Source: a virus (lineage: Duplodnaviria > Caudoviricetes). Taken from it: a stretch of DNA of 64,000 bases. The position numbers and the translations under genes are program-made. Shown here piece after piece: positions 28,229 to 37,530 of this stretch. The DNA is taken from positions 192,001 through 256,000 of IMG/VR virus record IMGVR_UViG_3300015606_001334; one strand, written 5' to 3'. Numbering within the stretch: position 1 is the first letter of the stretch; each line of letters opens with the position of its first letter. The notes beneath the pieces were generated by a model. It made no database searches and was not told the DNA's origin. It saw nothing but the letters and a program-made list of their open reading frames with translations.

Positions 28229-29151
28229 ATTTTTGCCAATTCTGTAAATCCTGCGTCTACGAGTTCTTCTTGGAACTCAAAAACGTCGTGTGAGCCAATA
28301 TACTTTTCGACGATTGGAATGATTCCATCAGTCGGCCAAGACTTGTCTTCATTGTTTACGTCATAGAATGATTCTTCAACTTCATTTAATCCGTTGATCA
28401 TTGCCAGACCTAAAATTGAAGAAAAGATTTTGGTCTGATAAAGAGTAATTCGTTTTGCCGATTTGACGTATTTATGAATGTTATGGAGTGATGTTAATTT
28501 AGGTAGTTGATCTAGCGACAGCGTGTCTACTTCCTTCGGTAGATCTTTCAAATTGTCGTTAGTGAAATGCTCAGTTGAAGAAAGATTGAAGTTACCTAGC
28601 TTTTCTGGAATGCCAGAAAAGTCTTTAAAGTTTTTGCAGAATCTAATTGACAGATTCATGTCATTGCCGATTTTAGTTGGGAACCCTCTAATAGATTCTA
28701 TTCCATCACAAGCGAAAACTGAAAAAGATGAGTTAACCTCTTCTGGGCCACCAACAAGGTCTTTAACGGTACTATCTAAACCTTGTTCTTCAATAGTGAA
28801 CACTTCACACGAGCGAGGAACTCCAGCAAGAGATTTAAGCTTACAGCCTTGAGAAATAACAAATGCTGTTTTTACATCCTTAAACGGAAACGGCATTTGA
28901 CCATCAACCAGCATCCAATCTTGAATTTGGATTCTATCAACTCTATGGTGCCAATCGATACTAACAGTAACGTCATCATTAAACTTTACTGAAGCGTCCT
29001 CAAATAGGTCGCTAAACATGGGCATCATGACCTCTCCAGAATCTGGATCAACACATATCTTTGCGTAGATCTTTTTCAATTCCTCGACTGTCTTTGGCCA
29101 ATGAGGAAGTTTCTGGGATTCAATAAGGAAATGTTTAAATGTCTTTTTCAT
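28225..29151 (-). CDS. LRR-type paralog family member 2
   Basis: MKKTFKHFLIE; LKSLAGVP, LVGGPEEV, IRGFP repeats; C-terminus DVFEFQEELVDAGFTELAKI. Confidence 0.8.
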   Translation of the reverse strand: MKKTFKHFLIESQKLPHWPKTVEELKKIYAKICVDPDSGEVMMPMFSDLFEDASVKFNDDVTVSIDWHHRVDRIQIQDWMLVDGQMPFPFKDVKTAFVISQGCKLKSLAGVPRSCEVFTIEEQGLDSTVKDLVGGPEEVNSSFSVFACDGIESIRGFPTKIGNDMNLSIRFCKNFKDFSGIPEKLGNFNLSSTEHFTNDNLKDLPKEVDTLSLDQLPKLTSLHNIHKYVKSAKRITLYQTKIFSSILGLAMINGLNEVEESFYDVNNEDKSWPTDGIIPIVEKYIGSHDVFEFQEELVDAGFTELAKI

Positions 29152-29777
29152 AGTCTTGCGTACTCTTCAAAACCTAATTCTAATAGTGCGTCTTGGCAAT
29201 CGAAAATATCTCCGCCTTCATAGTCTGGACTAGCAGGCAAGTACTTAGCAATAAGCTCTTCAAAGTCAAATCCACGTTGACCATTTGCGCCTCCGGCAGC
29301 TTTTCTCCAATCTGCTCCCATAGACAGTGCAGTTACACCTTTAATCTTTAGGATACCAAGAATGTGAGATTTGATCTTATTTCCATCACAGTAAATTTTA
29401 CCATTGATTTCTGTGAAGTGTTTATCTATACCTTTGAATGAATTGAAATGACAGTTTTCACCGAACATTATTGTCGATCTAATAATCTTTGGGAACTTAC
29501 TGAAGTCATTAACAATTTCATCGCCTGTTACGAAAAACAACCCGGACCCAATGTTGAGATTGAAATTCTTTGAGTCATAAAATTTGATAAACTTAGTTAA
29601 CTCATCAAAGTCTGAAGAACGTAAACGTAACTCTTTATCTAAAGAAACACTTTGGAAATCTTCTTGGTGCTGGTCAAGAAATTTTTTAACTTTATCAGAT
29701 ACAGTATTACCAACAGGGAAAGTCTCGTAATAACCAACTTGATTAGTCTGGTTTTCGAACAAGTTAAATAATTTCAT
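29148..29777 (-). CDS. LRR-type paralog family member 3
   Basis: MKLFNLFE; SFKGIDKH, ILGILKIKG; C-terminus DIFDCQDALLELGFEEYARL. Confidence 0.8.
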   Translation of the reverse strand: MKLFNLFENQTNQVGYYETFPVGNTVSDKVKKFLDQHQEDFQSVSLDKELRLRSSDFDELTKFIKFYDSKNFNLNIGSGLFFVTGDEIVNDFSKFPKIIRSTIMFGENCHFNSFKGIDKHFTEINGKIYCDGNKIKSHILGILKIKGVTALSMGADWRKAAGGANGQRGFDFEELIAKYLPASPDYEGGDIFDCQDALLELGFEEYARL

Positions 29778-30574
29778 AGTCTTGCCTGCTTTTCAAAACC
29801 CGCGTCGATGAGCTTGTCTTGAACTTCAAATACGTCGTCTTCGCCTTGGATACTCGCCTCGATGATCTCGCACCATCCCATACTTCTGTCTGCCAAATCC
29901 CATATGATAGTCTTTAGGTTTTTGACAAGCATAAGATTCAATCCACATTCCTCAATCACTTGGCGTTTTCTACCATTGAAGAGAATCAATTCAGCTTTAG
30001 ACTTTTCTCCAAATTTGACATATTTGTGGAAGTCATGGAATGACTTAATAGCGGTATCTGTGATGTTTAGATTACCAAAAATAGTTCCCAATCCTTTTAC
30101 TGACTCTAGCTTTGGGCAATCTGATAGAATAACCGTTCCAGTGTAGAGCATTTGCCCTTGTTCAGAAACTCTTTCAAGTTCTTTACATTGTGCAAATGAA
30201 ACAGGCCCTTCACACTGAAAACCAATAAGCCCAAGGTAATCAAGGTTCTTTAGTGACCAACAATGTTCAAAATTAGCAGTACCTTTTACCCATTTAGGAG
30301 CCCCTTCGACAGACTTCAGCTCCTTATTCATTGAGCAATGGAAATGCCCGGTAACGATGTTGAATCTGAAAGGAAGATATTCAAGAGATAATGCTTTGAG
30401 ATTCACGTTTCCTTTTACGTTTACCGCAGGCCCAAAAGCGGTATCAACAATTTGACAATTGGCAATGCCGCCTTCAATACATTCTTCGAAATCCCAAAGG
30501 GCTTTCTCAGTATCTTCTTTAGTCTTAGGAAGAGGAGCTTTCTCTTCCTTTAGGAAACGTTTAAATGAAATCAT
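29774..30574 (-). CDS. LRR-type paralog family member 4
   Basis: MISFKRFLKE; LP.RF..V.G.F.C..N.EL.S.EGAP; C-terminus DVFEVQDKLIDAGFEKQARL. Confidence 0.8.
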   Translation of the reverse strand: MISFKRFLKEEKAPLPKTKEDTEKALWDFEECIEGGIANCQIVDTAFGPAVNVKGNVNLKALSLEYLPFRFNIVTGHFHCSMNKELKSVEGAPKWVKGTANFEHCWSLKNLDYLGLIGFQCEGPVSFAQCKELERVSEQGQMLYTGTVILSDCPKLESVKGLGTIFGNLNITDTAIKSFHDFHKYVKFGEKSKAELILFNGRKRQVIEECGLNLMLVKNLKTIIWDLADRSMGWCEIIEASIQGEDDVFEVQDKLIDAGFEKQARL

Positions 30575-30575
30575 T

Positions 30576-31043
30576 TTACTGGTTCACGATTGGGCCATTA
30601 CCTTCGGCCATCATTTTCAAAAGTTGATTACGATCTGCCACTACAACGTTGTTAGTGGTTTGGTTTGCATAAGGAACGAAACCACCTGCAGATTTCTTAC
30701 GCTCATTCTTCACTTTAGCACGTAGAGCCACTGCATTTAGAGCAGTGTTCAAGTATCCCGCAGCAACTTCTGCGTTTCTTGCGGCATAACGTGGTTCAAG
30801 AATTTCAACAAATGCAGTTTGATTCTGATAAGCAGACATTGCTTCGCCGTAAATGGTGTCGATCTTCTTGTTGATTTCTTTATCTTCTTCGTCGGGTTCT
30901 GCAACAGGAGCCGGAAGATTAGCTTCAGTGGTTGCTAAATATTGATCGTCATCGATTGTGGTTAGATCAGTTCCTTCAAGAGGATCTGAATTGTAAGTAT
31001 CATCTAGACCGAATGTGTCTTCTAGGGGGTGTTTCATTTTCAT
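30576..31043 (-). CDS. probable terminase small subunit (gp16-like)
   Basis: R..EVA...L..AL.A helix and TNNVVV.DR..LLK C-terminal strand typical of T4-like TerS; upstream of TerL. Confidence 0.6.
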   Translation of the reverse strand: MKMKHPLEDTFGLDDTYNSDPLEGTDLTTIDDDQYLATTEANLPAPVAEPDEEDKEINKKIDTIYGEAMSAYQNQTAFVEILEPRYAARNAEVAAGYLNTALNAVALRAKVKNERKKSAGGFVPYANQTTNNVVVADRNQLLKMMAEGNGPIVNQ

Positions 31044-31052
31044 GTTTTCTCC

Positions 31053-31550
31053 TTATGCAATATGAACAGCTTGTCTATATTTCTGAATATAGCCCATGGT
31101 GAAATCAATTGCATCATGAACAATCTTAAGATCTTCTTTGTTTTTACCAAAGAACCACTTCTTGAAATCGTCAAATCTACGCTCAACAATAGTCTTAAAG
31201 CTCATGAAGTGGTTATCATTGTAAGTGTTGAGAATCTTTTCAATTCCCTTTTCGACTTCACCCTCATTTGCGTGATCCATATCATTGTTATCGACTAATC
31301 GCTTGAAACCGATTAGGTCAGTAGGATCAATCTTCTTAGCTTGAACGAAACGGAAAAACTGTTCAAAAATAGCAACGATCTTAAGATAGTGATCAACTTT
31401 ATGGTTGTCGAGCTGCTCATCTTCTTTTAAAAGCTCAACAAGCTTTTTCTTTAAAACAGACAAAATATCTAGAATGTTTTCTTCCTGAATCTGCTCAATG
31501 AAACCTTCAAAAAGATCATTTGCGAGATATTGTTTTAATGTGAATTTCAT
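31053..31550 (-). CDS. hypothetical protein with capsid-targeting-like N-terminus
   Basis: MKFTLKQYLANDLFE; late promoter CATAAATA at 31577-31584. Confidence 0.65.
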   Translation of the reverse strand: MKFTLKQYLANDLFEGFIEQIQEENILDILSVLKKKLVELLKEDEQLDNHKVDHYLKIVAIFEQFFRFVQAKKIDPTDLIGFKRLVDNNDMDHANEGEVEKGIEKILNTYNDNHFMSFKTIVERRFDDFKKWFFGKNKEDLKIVHDAIDFTMGYIQKYRQAVHIA

Positions 31551-31579
31551 TTTGATTCCAATTCAATAACTTAGGCTAT

Positions 31580-32251
31580 TTATGCTAACAGAAGATCAAG
31601 CACTTTATGAAGTGCTTCTTTTCTTATAGCTAAATACTCATCACATTTAATCATTACTTCATGTTGTTTAAAATCTCTAAATTTGACAAGATCTGTTCTT
31701 AGTGAGTCATCATCGCAATGATAGTCAAGTGAATCCATAAATTCTTGGAATTCTTTGAATTCAGTGTTTGACACTGGAACTTTATCTAAATCTTCGTCGT
31801 CTCTATGACGATTGTTAAACTCTTGAGCAGAATAAGTAAAGTCTTCAACCTTAGGAGACCAACAAAATGTCACTCGGTCTAAAGGAAACACTGCGTAAAC
31901 ATCACCATATGATTCAGCTAGACTAGTCGAACGAGAAACGAAAATAGATTCTGATCTAAATTTTGTTCCAAATTTGTGTTTAAAATAGTCATCAGCAAGC
32001 TCATGGACCTTTTTCGCAGTAGTCATTGGACGACGCGAGGTGCGAGGATATTTCAAACAGATATCTGGAGAGAATCTCTCCTTCATTCCGCGATACACAA
32101 TCCAATTCAGATTATTTGTCGCGTATCCTCCAATGATCTTCTCCCATTCTTTGCCACGCTCTTTGATCATTTCAGCGGCTTCTTCTGGAGAAATTTCATC
32201 AGCTTGAAGGTAAGTTGATTCTTTAAGAAAGTCTTTAAATGTTAGCTTCAT
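31580..32251 (-). CDS. putative ADP-ribosyltransferase-fold protein, probably virion-packaged
   Basis: MKLTFKDFLKE; VYRGM, IFVSRS..A.SYG..Y and HEVMI fit the R-S-E triad layout. Confidence 0.65.
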   Translation of the reverse strand: MKLTFKDFLKESTYLQADEISPEEAAEMIKERGKEWEKIIGGYATNNLNWIVYRGMKERFSPDICLKYPRTSRRPMTTAKKVHELADDYFKHKFGTKFRSESIFVSRSTSLAESYGDVYAVFPLDRVTFCWSPKVEDFTYSAQEFNNRHRDDEDLDKVPVSNTEFKEFQEFMDSLDYHCDDDSLRTDLVKFRDFKQHEVMIKCDEYLAIRKEALHKVLDLLLA

Positions 32252-33132
32252 TTAATGTTCAATGTTCTTTTGATAAAACCAATTGATTCAGCCGAAACTA
32301 GAATACATTTGTCGCCAATCCAGACTTCTTTATCGTTTGGTGCTTGGCTATAGAAATTTTGTGGAAGTAATGCTTTGAACTTTAGGTTTTGTGGAGAAAG
32401 GGTTTTGTAGAGATAGTCAAGGAAAGTTTTGCCGTCAGAAATGCCAAACTTTTTAGCGAATTCTTTAGCACCCATATCCTCGTCTTTAATGAACGGGCTC
32501 CATCCATTTTGTAGACTAGTGACTACACGCTCCATTCCGATTTCATCAATATTCTTGACGAAAATCTCAGGAGTGATAATGCCTACTTTGACTTTTTTAT
32601 TTCCTGCTCCACGTGCATTGGTAAAAATTCGATTGATCATCGTAGAGATACCATCAACGTTTGCTTCTCTATCAAACACCTTAAAATTCAAATCAAAGAT
32701 GTCATGTTGCGGAACTACACCTATGATTGTATTGTCAAATGGGAACACAACGTAAAGAGCTTCACCGTAGCCGGTAGCGTATTCTCTACTAGTGGAAGCG
32801 ATCATTGCTTTGTTTCGCTTAGGAAGATCTGTTCCCTGAAAATCAGGGTGGGTGTCGATAATCATTCGATAGTAGTCATGAGTATTTTCGGTAGTACGAG
32901 TTCCTTTATTGTACTGGACCTGAATGACTTCTGGGCCATCTGACATCCCACGGAAAATACCAAAATTAGTTTTGAAGAACTTGTCAGTAGCGTGCTTGCA
33001 GTTCTTGTTCAAAAGCTTCATTAGCTCTTTGACTTTTTCCTCAGAATCGATTTTGTCAAAGATGATCTTTTTTCTATTGACGCTATCTTTTACTGTAGCT
33101 TCAGCAAGGAACTCTTTAAACGTTAGCTTCAT
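32248..33132 (-). CDS. putative ADP-ribosyltransferase-fold protein, probably virion-packaged
   Basis: MKLTFKEFLAE; IFRGM, ASTSREYA.GYG..Y, KEVWI. Confidence 0.65.
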   Translation of the reverse strand: MKLTFKEFLAEATVKDSVNRKKIIFDKIDSEEKVKELMKLLNKNCKHATDKFFKTNFGIFRGMSDGPEVIQVQYNKGTRTTENTHDYYRMIIDTHPDFQGTDLPKRNKAMIASTSREYATGYGEALYVVFPFDNTIIGVVPQHDIFDLNFKVFDREANVDGISTMINRIFTNARGAGNKKVKVGIITPEIFVKNIDEIGMERVVTSLQNGWSPFIKDEDMGAKEFAKKFGISDGKTFLDYLYKTLSPQNLKFKALLPQNFYSQAPNDKEVWIGDKCILVSAESIGFIKRTLNIK

Positions 33133-33616
33133 CTTCCTGTTCCTGTGCTAGGTTGACGATAATGACTTTTGGTTTAAATCCAAGAGCGAAAGCCGCATTG
33201 CATCGAGTATTTCCAGAAAGGATCCACATTCCTTTCGCGCCCTTCACGATGATTGGCATTGGGAGTTTTTCTTCGTTCTTTATCCCGTTGGCAATACGAT
33301 CGACGTCTTTATGAGAGGAATAAGTCTTGACCAAGCTCTTAAGAGAACTAATGCTAGAAACAGACGACATACCTTGAACATGACTGACAAAAGATCTGTC
33401 AATCTCTCGGATTTCTCCCGCTTCTACCTTCTCCCTAAAATCATCGAAGTCAGTAAACAGTGGGGACTGGAGCAGTATAATACGGGCACGATTCTCCCAT
33501 TTGTCCTGCTTTCGCTGGAACTGGGCAAAGTCGTCCTTCAAGGTCTTCACAGAAGGGAAGACCCAAGGCTTGTATGTCTTGAGCTCTGAAGACTCGTATA
33601 GTTGGATTAGATGCAT
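33116..33616 (-). CDS. ParB/Srx-fold protein with capsid-targeting-like N-terminus
   Basis: MHLIQLYE; V.RI..GIK....PMPII....W.ILSGNTR..A; late promoter at 33647-33654. Confidence 0.65.
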   Translation of the reverse strand: MHLIQLYESSELKTYKPWVFPSVKTLKDDFAQFQRKQDKWENRARIILLQSPLFTDFDDFREKVEAGEIREIDRSFVSHVQGMSSVSSISSLKSLVKTYSSHKDVDRIANGIKNEEKLPMPIIVKGAKGMWILSGNTRCNAAFALGFKPKVIIVNLAQEQEDEANV

Positions 33617-33652
33617 TTAAGGACTCTAAGTCAAAATTGTCTGAAGTATTTA

Positions 33653-33681
33653 TTTACAACTGACCAACTATGTGATAAAAT
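33653..33681 (+). promoter_or_regulatory. early promoter TTTACA-N17-TAAAAT
   Basis: 17-bp spacer, TG extension; overlaps a divergent late promoter. Confidence 0.7.
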
Positions 33682-33704
33682 CAGGCAAAAGCGGAGGTGT
33701 AAAC

Positions 33705-33953
33705 ATGGCAATCATTGACGTAATCAACGAGCTCGACAAAGACAACGTAAACGAAGAACAGATCGGAAGGATCCTTCGTGAGCTGAAGGAAAATGGTATT
33801 GGAGTCGAGTACTACTTTGTTGACCGGCAAAAGCTTTGGCAGACTGTGATCAGTTGTGGAAACGATCTTCAGTACTTCGGGTCAGGCAAGACTTTGGCTC
33901 TTGCCTTGTCGAACGGACTAAGCGACTGGTTTATGGAGTACGACTGCGAGTAG
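33705..33953 (+). CDS. hypothetical early protein
   Basis: 82 aa, GGAGG SD, own promoter. Confidence 0.65.
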   Translation: MAIIDVINELDKDNVNEEQIGRILRELKENGIGVEYYFVDRQKLWQTVISCGNDLQYFGSGKTLALALSNGLSDWFMEYDCE

Positions 33954-34727
33954 TTAGAACCACTTACGCAGTAGTTCGATAATATCGCTCTTGCTGACGA
34001 TGTCAGTGAGGGCTTTTTTCTTTTCGGCCTTCAGTTGGTCAAGATACTCTTTACCCTTAGGATTCTTGACTGGAGAGCTAAAGAATGCTTCTGCTTGTTT
34101 CTGGATTTTCTTGATAGTTACTTCGTCGATGAATCCGTCATTCTTTATTTGGGTGTAGAAGTCAAGAAGCTCCTGGTTTCCTGAAGCCTGGTCGAAAAGC
34201 ATGTCCTGATATTTCTTAGCATTCACTACCAGCTTGCGATAAGAATCATAGACATGCTCAGACGAGATGTGACGATGTTTGTCCTTATTCTTTCCATATC
34301 GGCGAGCAATGACCCTCTTCAACGCGTCTTCGATGTCAGCATTTATGTAGACCATACCAACGTCGTAACCAAGGTCACGTAGCATTTTAATGCGGGCCTT
34401 TGTTCTGTCGATATCGTCCCCGACCACGTTAATCACCATCGGCAACATTCCACTGACGTAGTTGATAAGTTCTTCAGTCGTTACCCTCTTACCAATCTCG
34501 CGAGCACGACGTTTACCCGCTGCGTCGCCTTCTTTACCAAGATCGAGGTTATATTTCTCTGAATAGAACTCGATAGGGTAATCCACGTCAATATGTTTTG
34601 CGTAGAATTTTAGAGGGGTAGAGATGGTGGACTTGCCAGAAGCAGCAACACCAACAACAAATAAAGCCTTGAAGACGAATTTGTCGTTTATGCCCTCTGT
34701 AAGTTGGTGAAAGCTCTTGAAGTTCAT
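33954..34727 (-). CDS. P-loop kinase (zeta-toxin/AAA_33-like) with capsid-targeting-like N-terminus
   Basis: MNFKSFHQLTE; GVAASGKST Walker A; L.DLGY.V.M.Y..A....AL.R..R.R lid. Confidence 0.75.
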   Translation of the reverse strand: MNFKSFHQLTEGINDKFVFKALFVVGVAASGKSTISTPLKFYAKHIDVDYPIEFYSEKYNLDLGKEGDAAGKRRAREIGKRVTTEELINYVSGMLPMVINVVGDDIDRTKARIKMLRDLGYDVGMVYINADIEDALKRVIARRYGKNKDKHRHISSEHVYDSYRKLVVNAKKYQDMLFDQASGNQELLDFYTQIKNDGFIDEVTIKKIQKQAEAFFSSPVKNPKGKEYLDQLKAEKKKALTDIVSKSDIIELLRKWF

Positions 34728-35119
34728 GATAAGTCGGCCACAGTCTTTTTGTAAAGGTCGGTAATTTGTTTGATTCTCTTACCAAACATTTGCTTGCCTT
34801 GATCGTTACAGAAATTATCAATACGTGGAGTAACGTATTGTAGGAATTGATAGGTCCACTTGAGCAAATGAGGAATGACTTTAGGATTCTTGACAGTCAC
34901 CAAGCCAACTTCACTCATGAGGTCGCCGATCTTTTTACCATTCAGGATTGGACTACGGAATTGCTTCATCATAGCTTCGAGCTCTTTGTTAGCAGCTTCG
35001 TCTTTTCCGTAGGTATTTAGCTTAGCAGTATTAAGAGTGGTGAACCACATAATCTCATTGAGCATTTCAATATAGCCCTTGAGGTCTTTGGTCGCTTCAA
35101 ATAAAGTTTCTAATCTCAT
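34724..35119 (-). CDS. hypothetical protein with capsid-targeting-like N-terminus
   Basis: MRLETLFE; ATGA-coupled on both sides. Confidence 0.65.
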   Translation of the reverse strand: MRLETLFEATKDLKGYIEMLNEIMWFTTLNTAKLNTYGKDEAANKELEAMMKQFRSPILNGKKIGDLMSEVGLVTVKNPKVIPHLLKWTYQFLQYVTPRIDNFCNDQGKQMFGKRIKQITDLYKKTVADLS

Positions 35120-35145
35120 AGGAATCTTTCTAGTCCTGCGTCAAT
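35116..35145. repeat. 30-bp perfect direct repeat, copy 1
   Basis: TCATAGGAATCTTTCTAGTCCTGCGTCAAT, identical to 36928-36957. Confidence 0.95.
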
Positions 35146-35679
35146 AAATCTGTCCTGAACTTCTAGAATATCATCTCCATCTTCAAAACCGAACTTCACT
35201 AGCAAGAACGCCTTTTTAAAGTCAGGATCGATAGAAGATGTTCCACCACTAACAAGTATACCACCTCGAATATTTTTTATTCTCAGTAGATCTAAAAGAC
35301 CAGAAGTAGTTTCTTTGCTGATGTAGAAAATATTGCATTCAGTTACTCGTTTGTAAATCCCCTTTAAGCTCATCTTGAAGTCAAACTGAAGGTTGTAATC
35401 GCAACGATAAGGGAGAAAATCGAATTTGGTAAATGAATTAGTGTTGTCGAATTCTATTTCTCCAACAGAACCAAACTTCCATTCTGGAATGTCTTCGTCA
35501 GAAATCCCACCGAAGACTGCTCTAGAATCTTTGTTTAGATTGAGCTCGCCATTCTCAAATGAGAAATGTGATGCATTTTTCAAATCAAAATTCTTAAGGT
35601 GTAGTTTTAACCAAGAAACCACGTCTTCTGGGATATGCGCCCAAGGATTTGACGCTTCAAAAAGATTTTTTATTTTCAT
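35116..35679 (-). CDS. LRR-type paralog family member 5 (short)
   Basis: MKIKNLFE; SLKGIYK, GLLDLLRIK; C-terminus DILEVQDRFIDAGLERFL. Confidence 0.8.
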   Translation of the reverse strand: MKIKNLFEASNPWAHIPEDVVSWLKLHLKNFDLKNASHFSFENGELNLNKDSRAVFGGISDEDIPEWKFGSVGEIEFDNTNSFTKFDFLPYRCDYNLQFDFKMSLKGIYKRVTECNIFYISKETTSGLLDLLRIKNIRGGILVSGGTSSIDPDFKKAFLLVKFGFEDGDDILEVQDRFIDAGLERFL

Positions 35680-36368
35680 GCAAATTGCTCAAATCCATTG
35701 TCTATCAAATGATCCTGAAGATCAAGAATATCTCGTTCGTCTCTATGAGTTGAATCTAAGTAGCTATTTACAGCATCAGTCACCTTAATGTTTCCAGCAA
35801 ATTCAACTCTGTCTAGATTCTTTATTCCTGCGAGGTAAGAAACATTTCGTAAACAGTCTTCTGATCCACTGAAATAAAGTTCACCACAAGATTCAATCAC
35901 TTTATGGATGTTCTTTAGTGATTTTATTCCAGTTCCATCTTGCTGATATCGTGTCATATGGTTAGGGAACCAAGAAGGGAACTCAGTAAGAGTTTCACAA
36001 GTTCCATAAACGCCGAAATCGTAAATTTCTTCACCACGTTTAAACTTGAACGGTGGAGCGCCAGCAATGTCATAGATGTAAATGGTAATGCCAAGCCCGT
36101 ATTCGCAGTCAAGAAACTCACCGTTAAATCTTACCTGCTTTAGATCGTCTTTATTGTTGTGGAGAAATTTATCTCTTTCGGACTGATCCATCTTTCTTTC
36201 AAGATAATACTTAGCGATCTTCTGCATATTCTTGCTCTTTGCGTTCTTATAGAACTCAGCAAACTTAGGACGATCATTCCCATTTAGGTTGCCGTAGAGT
36301 AGATTCGCAAGAATGTAATCTTCAAAGATTTCTTCCTGTGTAGATTCAAGTAAAGTATTCAGTTTCAT
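35676..36368 (-). CDS. LRR-type paralog family member 6
   Basis: MKLNTLLE; IKSLKNIHK; C-terminus DILDLQDHLIDNGFEQFA. Confidence 0.8.
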   Translation of the reverse strand: MKLNTLLESTQEEIFEDYILANLLYGNLNGNDRPKFAEFYKNAKSKNMQKIAKYYLERKMDQSERDKFLHNNKDDLKQVRFNGEFLDCEYGLGITIYIYDIAGAPPFKFKRGEEIYDFGVYGTCETLTEFPSWFPNHMTRYQQDGTGIKSLKNIHKVIESCGELYFSGSEDCLRNVSYLAGIKNLDRVEFAGNIKVTDAVNSYLDSTHRDERDILDLQDHLIDNGFEQFA

Positions 36369-36931
36369 TAGCAGAATTCCTTAAAGCCAGCGTCATGAAG
36401 GGCTTCTTGACAGTCAAAAATATCTTTGCCTTCTCTTACATGACTCTGGACTATAGCAAATGCCCCGCCAAGTTTAGGATTTGCGGACCCATTTAGAAAA
36501 ACTTCCTTTAGACCCTTCACCTTCATTATTTCAAGAAGTCCAGAACGAATATCTCTAGGGAGAGTTAGCTTCTCGCATGAGACGATTCCCTTTGAAAGTC
36601 CTTTTAGGTCTTTTGGAATGCTTGCACCTTTCTTAAACTCGATATGCTTGCACTCGCTTGGTAGAATATCAAAGTTGTTAAGAGTAACTGAACCGTCTAG
36701 AATGAAAAGTTGGACTTTACCAAAACGAACGCTTTCAGGAAGCTTGTCATAAGGTTCCTCATAGTCATGAATGTGAATAAAGGTTCTAGATGTTACGATA
36801 CGTCCTCTGAAGGTTCCAAACTCTTCATTGGTTTTTATGTCGGCGGCGTGAACGAAGGTTAGCAACCACTTCTTCTGTTCTTCAGATAATGGGGCGGATC
36901 GGCTCTCTACTTTAATTTCAGTCAATTTCAT
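36368..36931 (-). CDS. LRR-type paralog family member 7 (short)
   Basis: MKLTEIKVE; GLLEIMKVKGL; C-terminus DIFDCQEALHDAGFKEFC. Confidence 0.8.
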   Translation of the reverse strand: MKLTEIKVESRSAPLSEEQKKWLLTFVHAADIKTNEEFGTFRGRIVTSRTFIHIHDYEEPYDKLPESVRFGKVQLFILDGSVTLNNFDILPSECKHIEFKKGASIPKDLKGLSKGIVSCEKLTLPRDIRSGLLEIMKVKGLKEVFLNGSANPKLGGAFAIVQSHVREGKDIFDCQEALHDAGFKEFC

Positions 36932-36957
36932 AGGAATCTTTCTAGTCCTGCGTCAAT
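36928..36957. repeat. 30-bp perfect direct repeat, copy 2
   Basis: Identical to 35116-35145. Confidence 0.95.
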
Positions 36958-37530
36958 GAACATATCTTGAATGTCTAGAACATCAAGATTTTCTTTCTTG
37001 CCTTTTTGTAGTAGTTTGACTGCGTTAAACAATTCGCGATTCTCAGCTACAGTTATGTTGTTTCTTATCGCCCCAAGCTTTTGGATTCGCGCTACATCCA
37101 ATAGTCCGTTCTTGACGTTCTTTCCGATGTAAAGCTCTTTGACTTCTTTAACCGCCTTGTGTATACCTTTTAAAGTCTGGACTTTCGAATTTAGGAACAT
37201 AAGGATAGAACATTTCTCCGGCAGCCAAGAGAAATCGGTAAATTCGCAAGAGTTGTCAAATCCTACCCAGCCAGCCTCCTTGATCTTAAAAGGAGGGAGA
37301 AACAGATCAGTCACTTTTCTGAAATAAAGAGAGGTAGTTTGATACGCGCAGAAGGAACCGTCTTTTTCGTCTACCCAATAATTCTTGTGGTCGTACGGAG
37401 TATAGTCAGCAGAACCCTTATGTGTAAATCGAGTCAGGTATCTGACCATTTCTTTAGTTGGAGGAGTCTCTCGACCTTGAGCCTTAGGCCATCTTCTAGC
37501 TTCAGCTTCGAATAATTCCATAGCCTTCAT
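36928..37530 (-). CDS. LRR-type paralog family member 8 (short)
   Basis: MKAMELFE; TLKGIHK, GLLDV.RI; C-terminus DVLDIQDMFIDAGLERFL. Confidence 0.8.
   Translation of the reverse strand: MKAMELFEAEARRWPKAQGRETPPTKEMVRYLTRFTHKGSADYTPYDHKNYWVDEKDGSFCAYQTTSLYFRKVTDLFLPPFKIKEAGWVGFDNSCEFTDFSWLPEKCSILMFLNSKVQTLKGIHKAVKEVKELYIGKNVKNGLLDVARIQKLGAIRNNITVAENRELFNAVKLLQKGKKENLDVLDIQDMFIDAGLERFL

Noticed and set aside
33954-35119. Zeta-epsilon toxin-antitoxin pair
   Set aside because: The kinase is only zeta-like in fold, the neighbour has no antitoxin features, and both carry LxE cargo-type N-termini within a longer coupled operon.
35116-36984. Diversity-generating retroelement TR/VR pair at the LRR 3' ends
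   Set aside because: Both copies are coding, the identity is only 30 bp, flanking mismatches are not adenine-specific, and no reverse transcriptase lies in the window.
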